A stretch of 64,000 bases of DNA, taken from contig OZ253564.1 in NCBI GenBank assembly GCA_965262915.1, positions 2,208,001 through 2,272,000 of the forward strand, read 5' to 3'. The notes under the pieces were generated by a model. The model worked only from the letters and a program-made list of their open reading frames with translations, made no database searches and had not been told where the DNA came from. The position numbers and the translations under genes were made by a program. Positions 57,370 through 64,000 of the stretch are shown here, piece by piece (the stretch's first letter is position 1; each line of letters opens with the position of its first letter). The DNA is from Candidatus Spongiisociaceae bacterium (GTDB taxonomy: Bacteria > Actinomycetota > Acidimicrobiia > Spongiisociales > Spongiisociaceae).

Positions 57370-58380
57370 GTGGGGGCACGGAGCGGGACCGCGATAACGA
57401 CCACAGAGATGCATACGGGGGGCGAGCCCGTCCGTATCGTCGAGTCCGGGTACCCGCCGGTACCGGGCGACACCATCCTCGAGAAGCGCCGGTACGTGAG
57501 GGAGAACCTGGATCACCTCCGGCGGGTTCTCATGCACGAGCCCCGCGGCCATTTCGACATGTACGGGGTGATCCAGGTGGAACCCGACCTTCCGGAGGTG
57601 GACCTGGCTGTGCTGTTCATGCACAACGAGGGATACTCGACCATGTGCGGTCACGCCACCATCGCGCTGGGGCGGTATGCCGTGGACCGCGGGTTGGTTA
57701 CCAAGGTCGAGCCAGAAACCAGGGTAGTGATCCAGTGTCCGTGCGGACCGGTAACCGCCTTCGTGGAAGTTCGGGACGGGGTAGCCGGGAGGGTCCGGTT
57801 CCGGAGCGTGGGAGCCCTCGCCTTTGCCCTCGACCATAAAGCAAAAGTTAAAGGTTATGGTTCTGTCCGTTATGACATCGGATATGGGGGCGCCTTCTAC
57901 GCGGTGGCGGAGGCGTGGCAATTCGGTCTCGACGTAGGCACGTCGAAGGTCCGAGAACTGGTCGCCGCAGCCACCGGCCTGACCGCGGCTGTGCGGCGTG
58001 ATCTGGTCCTGACGCATCCGGACCATGAGGACCTGGCGGATCTGTACGGCTCGGTCCTGACCGACGGGGTGGAGGGTGCCGGGACGTCCGTCAACATCTG
58101 CGTATTTGCCGACTCGCAGGTCGACCGCAGTCCCACCGGATCCGGCGTGACTGCCCGCATGGCCCTCAGGTACGCCCGTAACCAGGTGATGATCGGAGAG
58201 GAGCGCACCTTCGAGAGCGTGGTGGGTTCCACCATGACCGGCAAGGTCGTTGCCGAGCAGACGGTCGGAACTCTCCCGGCCGTAACCGTAGAGGTAGGCG
58301 GGAGGGCTTACTACACCGGAAGCGCTGCCTTCCTCGTGGAACCCGACGATCCATTCGCGGCCGGATTCCTGGTTAGTTGA
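57370..58380 (+). CDS. Proline racemase family, probable trans-3-hydroxy-L-proline dehydratase
   Basis: HTGGEPVR, EPRGH, STMCGH (Cys) and DRSPTGSG (Thr). Confidence 0.8.
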   Translation: MGARSGTAITTTEMHTGGEPVRIVESGYPPVPGDTILEKRRYVRENLDHLRRVLMHEPRGHFDMYGVIQVEPDLPEVDLAVLFMHNEGYSTMCGHATIALGRYAVDRGLVTKVEPETRVVIQCPCGPVTAFVEVRDGVAGRVRFRSVGALAFALDHKAKVKGYGSVRYDIGYGGAFYAVAEAWQFGLDVGTSKVRELVAAATGLTAAVRRDLVLTHPDHEDLADLYGSVLTDGVEGAGTSVNICVFADSQVDRSPTGSGVTARMALRYARNQVMIGEERTFESVVGSTMTGKVVAEQTVGTLPAVTVEVGGRAYYTGSAAFLVEPDDPFAAGFLVS

Positions 58381-58410
58381 TCAACCCGCCTGGAGGTATG
58401 GGGATGCGGG

Positions 58411-58623
58411 TCAACCGTCTTTCGACTTGAAGGAGTCGGTGTAGTTCTTGTGAGCCTTGGTGATCAGCCGGTATACATGGCTGTTGCCCGCAGTGTTAGG
58501 GCCCCTCCCTTGAACGTGGGTAGCTTCGTCCACGGTCTTGAGGAAGGAGTCCAAGGACTCGTTGTTAGCGGTCCAAGGCTTGCGGGGACTGAACAAAAGC
58601 CGCAGGAAGTTGCGAAGACTCAT
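58411..58623 (-). CDS. Small hypothetical protein
   Basis: 70-aa ORF with AAAGGA RBS, lower GC. Confidence 0.4.
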   Translation of the reverse strand: MSLRNFLRLLFSPRKPWTANNESLDSFLKTVDEATHVQGRGPNTAGNSHVYRLITKAHKNYTDSFKSKDG

Positions 58624-58663
58624 CTGTAGAATTCCTTTCGCGGTTCGAGTACGAGTGCACTGC

Positions 58664-59137
58664 TCATGGCTGGCTTACCCGGGCCAGTTCGGCCTCCAGG
58701 TGGACCTGCATGGGTTGTCCCACGGCCGCCATCCCCAGCCGGTAACGCATGGCGTCGCCCACGACGTCGAGTTCCCTCATCGCCTGTGAGACCTCGACCG
58801 CGGTCCCCGACAGTCCGACCAGGCTGGTCCGGAAGTCGACCCGGTTGTCACGCACCTCCCCGGTGTGGACCTCCACGATGCCGGTTGGCTGGGCTATCAC
58901 CAACTCCGCCTTTCCGTGTCCTGCCGGACGGATGTAGCCGGTCTCGGCATGAAGCGGCTCGCCCTCGCCCCCGGCCCGGCGGGTCCGCTGGCGGTAGGCG
59001 ATGAAGGGCTTGCCGGGACCGGGGGTGTAGGTGGCCTCCTCAAAGTACTCGAAGGGTTTGATGGTTGGATAACACCCCTTACCCCGGCCCTTCCAGACGC
59101 CGATCAGGAATGCCAGAGAGGCCAGGTCGGGATGCAT
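58664..59137 (-). CDS. Nitrobindin / FABP-like (DUF1794) heme-binding protein
   Basis: LIGVWKGRGKGCYPTI, PLHAETGYIR, HLEAEL. Confidence 0.88.
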   Translation of the reverse strand: MHPDLASLAFLIGVWKGRGKGCYPTIKPFEYFEEATYTPGPGKPFIAYRQRTRRAGGEGEPLHAETGYIRPAGHGKAELVIAQPTGIVEVHTGEVRDNRVDFRTSLVGLSGTAVEVSQAMRELDVVGDAMRYRLGMAAVGQPMQVHLEAELARVSQP

Positions 59138-59145
59138 CCGGTCCA

Positions 59146-59790
59146 CTACCCGGTCGGGACCTCGCACGACACGCCGGTGCCGCGCAGCCCGCAATAGCCG
59201 AAGGGGTTCTTGCCCAGGTACTGCTGGTGGTAGTCCTCCGCGTAGTAGAAATCGGGTGCCTCCCGGATCTCGGTGGTGACCGGTCCCTTGCCTACCGCCG
59301 CCAAGCCCCGCTCGTAGGAATCCTTGCTGGCCTCGGCCAACCTGCGCTGGGTCTCGGTGGTCCAGTAGATGGCCGACCGGTACTGGGTACCGCGGTCGTT
59401 ACCCTGTCGCATCCCCTGGGTCGGGTTGTGCTCCTCCCAGAACCTCTTGAGCAACATCCCGTAGGGAACCACGTCCGGGTCGTAAACGATCAGCACAGCC
59501 TCGGTATGCCCGGTGTGGCCCGAGCACACCTCGGAGTAGGTCGGGTTGGGGGTGAAGCCCCCCTGGTAGCCGGCCGCGGTGGTATGGACCCCGGGGATCT
59601 GCCAGTAGATCCTCTCCACGCCCCAGAAGCACCCCATGCCGAAGTAGGCGACCTCCATGTTGGGGGGGAACGGGGGGGTGATCGGCCGGCCGTGGACGAA
59701 GTGAGGCTCGGGATCGAGGATGCCGGTCCCCCTACCCGCCGGAGCCGCGTCGGCCGATGGCAGCCTTTCCTTCGTAGTCCGACCAAACAT
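59146..59790 (-). CDS. msrA: Peptide-methionine (S)-S-oxide reductase
   Basis: [29 protein letters not shown]. Confidence 0.97.
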   Translation of the reverse strand: MFGRTTKERLPSADAAPAGRGTGILDPEPHFVHGRPITPPFPPNMEVAYFGMGCFWGVERIYWQIPGVHTTAAGYQGGFTPNPTYSEVCSGHTGHTEAVLIVYDPDVVPYGMLLKRFWEEHNPTQGMRQGNDRGTQYRSAIYWTTETQRRLAEASKDSYERGLAAVGKGPVTTEIREAPDFYYAEDYHQQYLGKNPFGYCGLRGTGVSCEVPTG

Positions 59791-59916
59791 CTAGTTCCCC
59801 TTCCTAGTTCCTACCAGGCACAACACTATTGCGGGTGATCTGTTCCCGGAAACGGGCCACGTCCGGGGCGGGTTAGCCTTGGCCCGTATCGACAACGAAT
59901 CGGAGGCGATCCCCAG

Positions 59917-60762
59917 ATGCGGGTTGGCGTCAGCATTTTCCTAACCGACAAGTCCATCCAGCCGGTCCACCTCGGTGAGGAGTTGGAGGCTCGGGGTTTC
60001 GAGTCCCTGTGGGTGGCGGAGCACAGCCATATCCCCACCAGCCGCAGGACACCCTGGGCCAACAGGCGCAACGCTCCTCCGCTGCCGGAGGAGTACTGGA
60101 GAACCCACGATTGCTTCGTGGCCCTGTCGGCGGTGGCGGCTACGACCAAGCGGCTCCGGATCGGGACCGGGATCACCCTTGTGGCACAGCACGATCCGGT
60201 CTGGCTGGCGAAGCAGGTCGCCTCGCTGGATGTGATATCCAACGGGAGGTTCGAGTTCGGGATCGGGTACGGGTGGAACCGCGAGGAGATGGCCAGCCAC
60301 GGGGTCGACTACCGGACGCGTTACCAACTGCTCCCCGAGAAGATCGGCCTGATGAAGGCCCTCTGGACCCAGGAGCGCGCCTCCTACAGCGGGAAGATGG
60401 TGCATCTCGAGGAGAGCTGGGCCTGGCCCAAGCCCGTTCAGAAGCCCCATCCGCCCATCGTCATGGGAAGCATGGGAGGTCCCAAGGCCTTCGCCGCCAT
60501 AGCCGAATTCTGTGACGGATGGATGCCGGTGCGGCCCCGCAACCTGGGTCAGGGGATCGCTACGTTGCACGGCTACCTCGAGCGCGCCGGACGGGACCCG
60601 TCGGAGGTGGAACTCTCGGTCTATATGGCGCCGGCGGATCCGGAGAAGTGGAAGGAGTGGGAAGCGCTCGGCGTCTCGCGGGTCATGATCGGTCTCCCCC
60701 ACGCTCCGGCGGAGGTCATAGTGCCGCTGCTCGACAAGTACCAACCCTTGATCGACGCCTGA
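59917..60762 (+). CDS. LLM class (probably F420-dependent) oxidoreductase
   Basis: WVAEHSHIP, LRIGTG, GIGYGWN, PKPVQKPHPP. Confidence 0.9.
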   Translation: MRVGVSIFLTDKSIQPVHLGEELEARGFESLWVAEHSHIPTSRRTPWANRRNAPPLPEEYWRTHDCFVALSAVAATTKRLRIGTGITLVAQHDPVWLAKQVASLDVISNGRFEFGIGYGWNREEMASHGVDYRTRYQLLPEKIGLMKALWTQERASYSGKMVHLEESWAWPKPVQKPHPPIVMGSMGGPKAFAAIAEFCDGWMPVRPRNLGQGIATLHGYLERAGRDPSEVELSVYMAPADPEKWKEWEALGVSRVMIGLPHAPAEVIVPLLDKYQPLIDA

Positions 60763-60933
60763 GGCGTCGCCGGTGGACATCGAGATGCGGGGGAGTCCCC
60801 CGAATGAGTGCCGGCCGGCTCATCCTGATGGGGTGCGCGAGTGCAGGAGGCGGGGAAACTCCGTCACCACTCGGAAGGCCTCGTGGTCGCAGCGGGGTAC
60901 GATCAAAGCGCCGCCTGACAGAAAAGGAACGGG

Positions 60934-61209
60934 ATGAGCTATCAGGGCTACCTTCGTGTCATAGATGCGAACGGGAACATCCTCGATGTGGCCGAGGCGT
61001 CGCTCGGCCACATCGAGCATCCCGGTCACCGCTGGGGAGGGACGTTGGTCGTCTGGGCCGGAGGCGCCCTGGACGGCAAGACCATGCCGGTCGAACTCGA
61101 GGTTCCGGGTGAGTTCCGCGCCTCGGCGCTCCTCGTGCCCGGTCCTATACAGGGCCGCCGACGCCAGATGACCGTTCTCGGCGCCGGCGCCTCACCCTTC
61201 GGGGTCTGA
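60934..61209 (+). CDS. Hypothetical protein
   Basis: 91-aa beta-rich ORF, AAGGA RBS, ends GAGASPF. Confidence 0.6.
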   Translation: MSYQGYLRVIDANGNILDVAEASLGHIEHPGHRWGGTLVVWAGGALDGKTMPVELEVPGEFRASALLVPGPIQGRRRQMTVLGAGASPFGV

Positions 61210-61232
61210 ACTCCGGGTCTCTTAACCCCGGG

Positions 61233-61736
61233 TCAGGGAAGGTTCCACGCCCCCGATCCGTCGCCCGATACGGCGTCCGCCAGTGAGCGGGCAGAGTGCA
61301 TGACCGCGCTCACCACAGCCAGTACCAGGACGGCGTTCATGATGAGCTTCGACAGCAGTGGAAGGGACTGGACCAGGGCCGGCACCTTGGTGGCAGCCGT
61401 GTAGAGGATGGCCAACGTCGCCCAGGTCATCATCGCCGAGACTATGAAGAAGACCGGCTTCGAAGCGCCTGCCCCTCCGGCCATACCCTTGTAGATCAGC
61501 GGAGCGAGGAGCATCATCAAACCGAGGCCGAACAGCAGTGCGGTCGACATGTCCGCGCTGACAAAGGTCAGGACCAACGCCAGGATGACCGCGCTGGAGG
61601 ACGCCCAACTTCCCGAGAAGGACCACACCATCGGACCGACGGTTCCCTGCCATTCGCCCTCGGAATCGCGTACGGCCGCGTAAGCCACGAGTAAAGCCAG
61701 CAAGCCGCTGATGATGATCATCGAGTTCGTGTCCAT
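61233..61736 (-). CDS. Hypothetical multi-pass membrane protein
   Basis: About five hydrophobic segments; GGGAG RBS before MDTNS. Confidence 0.65.
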   Translation of the reverse strand: MDTNSMIIISGLLALLVAYAAVRDSEGEWQGTVGPMVWSFSGSWASSSAVILALVLTFVSADMSTALLFGLGLMMLLAPLIYKGMAGGAGASKPVFFIVSAMMTWATLAILYTAATKVPALVQSLPLLSKLIMNAVLVLAVVSAVMHSARSLADAVSGDGSGAWNLP

Positions 61737-61900
61737 GGATGCGCTCCCTGCTTCGCGTTCCGGTTCCGGCGCGGGACCGCCCGGAGGCCAGCCCCGCTTC
61801 GTCTCTTCTGACCGCTGAGCCGGCACAGGCGTTACTCAGCCGGACAGGTGAACAGCGAGATCGGTTCCCACCCCCACTCGCGCTGCCTATATTCTCTCCC

Positions 61901-62545
61901 GTGGACGTCGATGCGCCACGCAGCGCCGAACAGCGAGTGCAGTGGGTTTACGGCGCACGCTCGGCCGCCGAAAGCCGCCGGCGCTATGACCAGTGGGCAC
62001 CGCAATACGAGCAGGACCTGGTCGATACCTACGGTTACCGGTTACCCGACACGATCGCCGAGGACTTCGCCCGCTGGGTGACGCCTCCCGCGACCGTACT
62101 GGACGCCGGGGTCGGTACCGGGTTGGTGGGCGCCTGCCTGGCCGACCTCGGTTTCAGGGACCTGGTGGGCCTCGACAACTCGCCGGCGATGCTGGCGGAA
62201 TCCGCCCGCAAGGGTATCTACCGGGCCTTGCACGAGATGACGCTCGGCCAACCCTTGGGGTTCGACTCCGCCATCTTCGACGCGGTCATTTCCGCCGGCA
62301 CCTTCACCGAGGGTCACGCTCCGGCCTCCGGCCTGCGGGAGTTGGCCCGGGTCACCCGCCCGGGAGGCCACGTGGTTGTCGGGATCCGGCCCGACATAAT
62401 CGAGTCGCACGGGTTTGCCGAGATCATTGACGAACTGGCCGCGACCCGGGTCTGGGTGGTGGTAGATCGCACCGAGCCCCGTGTGGCGATGGAGAAGCTG
62501 GAGTCCTACGTGCGGGTGGAGACGTGGTGCTTCCGGATTCTCTGA
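61901..62545 (+). CDS. Class I SAM-dependent methyltransferase
   Basis: YDQWA, LDAGVGTGLVG, FDAVISAG, RPGG. Confidence 0.88.
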   Translation: MDVDAPRSAEQRVQWVYGARSAAESRRRYDQWAPQYEQDLVDTYGYRLPDTIAEDFARWVTPPATVLDAGVGTGLVGACLADLGFRDLVGLDNSPAMLAESARKGIYRALHEMTLGQPLGFDSAIFDAVISAGTFTEGHAPASGLRELARVTRPGGHVVVGIRPDIIESHGFAEIIDELAATRVWVVVDRTEPRVAMEKLESYVRVETWCFRIL

Positions 62546-62610
62546 GGGTTCGGTCCTGATCCCCTTCCTAGAGCGTGTCCCTCCTTGGTACATTCATACG
62601 GATGGATAGC

Positions 62611-64000
62611 ATGGTTCTCGCAGCCTCCGACACCGGCGACCTGGCCATTCTCTCGACCGAGGTGACCCTGGTCGGTCTGTTGGCGATAGCTGCCGCGGTG
62701 GCGATGCTGGTCTCGCGGATCAAGGTGCCGTTCACCGTGGCACTGGTGCTGGTGGGCCTCGCCCTCTCGTTCACCACCGCCTTCGACATCCATCTCTCGA
62801 AGGAACTGATCCTCGGGGTGCTGGTCCCCCCGCTGGTGTTCGAGGCGACCATGCACCTTCAATGGCACCGCCTCAAGACCGACCTGGTGTCGATCCTCAC
62901 CCTGGCGATCGGCGGCACCCTAATAGGAACCTTCCTCGTCGCGGTTCTCGTACGTCCCTTCGTGGATGTGCCGTGGCCGGCAGCCCTCGCCTTCGGGGCT
63001 CTCGTCTCGGCGACCGATCCGGTGGCCGTCATCGCCCGTTTCCGGTCACTGGGTGTCGACAAGCGACTGACCACCCTCGTGGAGGGTGAGAGCCTGTTCA
63101 ACGACGGCGCCGCCATCGTCATCTTCGGCCTGGCGGCGGCGGGAAGCACGGGCTTCACCGTCGGAGGCGCCATCGGCGAGTTCCTCCAGGTGTCCGTGGG
63201 CGGTCTGGCGGTGGGCGCGGTGTTCGGATACCTGGTGTCCAGGGTCCTGCTCAAGCACCTGGACGACCACCTGCTGGAGACGGCCATAACGTTGGCTCTG
63301 GCCTTCGGTTCGTACGTGGTGGCCGAGAAGCTGCATGTCAGCGGGATTCTGGCGGTGGTGGCGGCGGGGATCATCGTCGGTGAGGTGGGCCTCGAGAACA
63401 CATCGCCCACCACCCGCCTGAGCTTGGAGAGCTTCTGGGAAGTGCTGTCGTTCATCGTCAACGCGTTCGTATTCCTGCTGATCGGACTGCGGATCGACAT
63501 CGCCCAGATGTCCCACCACGTGCCCGCCATCCTGGTGGCGGTGGTGGCCATCCTGGTGGCCAGGGCGGTGATCGTCTACGGGACCTCCTTCGTGCAGAAC
63601 CGCATCTCCGCCACCCGCTACCTCCCGCGCGGTTTCCAACACGCGGTCTACTGGGGGGGCCTGCGGGGTGCGGTGAGCCTCGCCCTGGCGCTCACGCTGC
63701 CGTTCGCGTTCGACAGCAGGACTGCCGAGGTCCTCCAGGTGATGACCTTCGGCGTCGTTCTGTTCACCCTCCTGGTCCAGGGCACCACCATCAAGCGGCT
63801 GCTCGATCTGGTGGGTATATCCCGCCCTTCGGCCACGGCGTTGGAGCAGCAGCGGCGCCAGGCCCGGTTCTTCGCAGCCTGGGGAGGCCGGCAGGAACTC
63901 CGCCGCCTCCATCAGGAGGAGGCGGTGCAGCCTTACATGTGGCAGACCCTCGACGATCTGTACCGGGACGAGCTGGAGGAATGCCGGGCGTCCCTGGGTC
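62611..64000 (+). CDS. CPA1 family Na+/H+ antiporter (runs off the window end)
   Basis: Manual translation: PFTVALVLVG, ATDPVAV, EGESLFNDG, WGGLRGAVSLAL. Confidence 0.92.
   Translation, partial: MVLAASDTGDLAILSTEVTLVGLLAIAAAVAMLVSRIKVPFTVALVLVGLALSFTTAFDIHLSKELILGVLVPPLVFEATMHLQWHRLKTDLVSILTLAIGGTLIGTFLVAVLVRPFVDVPWPAALAFGALVSATDPVAVIARFRSLGVDKRLTTLVEGESLFNDGAAIVIFGLAAAGSTGFTVGGAIGEFLQVSVGGLAVGAVFGYLVSRVLLKHLDDHLLETAITLALAFGSYVVAEKLHVSGILAVVAAGIIVGEVGLENTSPTTRLSLESFWEVLSFIVNAFVFLLIGLRIDIAQMSHHVPAILVAVVAILVARAVIVYGTSFVQNRISATRYLPRGFQHAVYWGGLRGAVSLALALTLPFAFDSRTAEVLQVMTFGVVLFTLLVQGTTIKRLLDLVGISRPSATALEQQRRQARFFAAWGGRQELRRLHQEEAVQPYMWQTLDDLYRDELEECRASLG

Noticed and set aside
1-64000. tRNA/rRNA genes, integrase or prophage
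   Set aside because: None recognised by eye; tRNAscan-SE and Infernal would be needed to exclude them.

Overview
GC-rich actinobacterial window; gene content and SLH proteins suggest Acidimicrobiia (inference). The backbone carries dapB-dapA-rnj-ftsK, rimO-cinA-thpR-recA (with an SOS box), rnhB, msrA, sulfur amino-acid genes, a sarcosine-oxidase-like operon and a vWA-MoxR-Ppx operon. Accessory DNA includes a MazEF-type TA pair, an AAA(DUF3696-like)/PIN pair, a frameshifted IS1380, about 100-bp MITE-like repeats, and a 44.4-52.2 kb island. The island has three TA modules with intact antitoxins but broken toxins, plus a DUF222/HNH gene with an SOS box. The most striking feature is an intact IS110 recombinase element nested inside the right terminal inverted repeat of an ISL3, whose 8-bp TSD is still present. 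Its non-coding end contains four segments matching the target and donor junctions (bridge-RNA layout), and its two ends would join into a TTGACA-N17-CATAAT promoter on circularisation. All calls are from motif recognition by eye; no database search was run, and several start codons are estimates.
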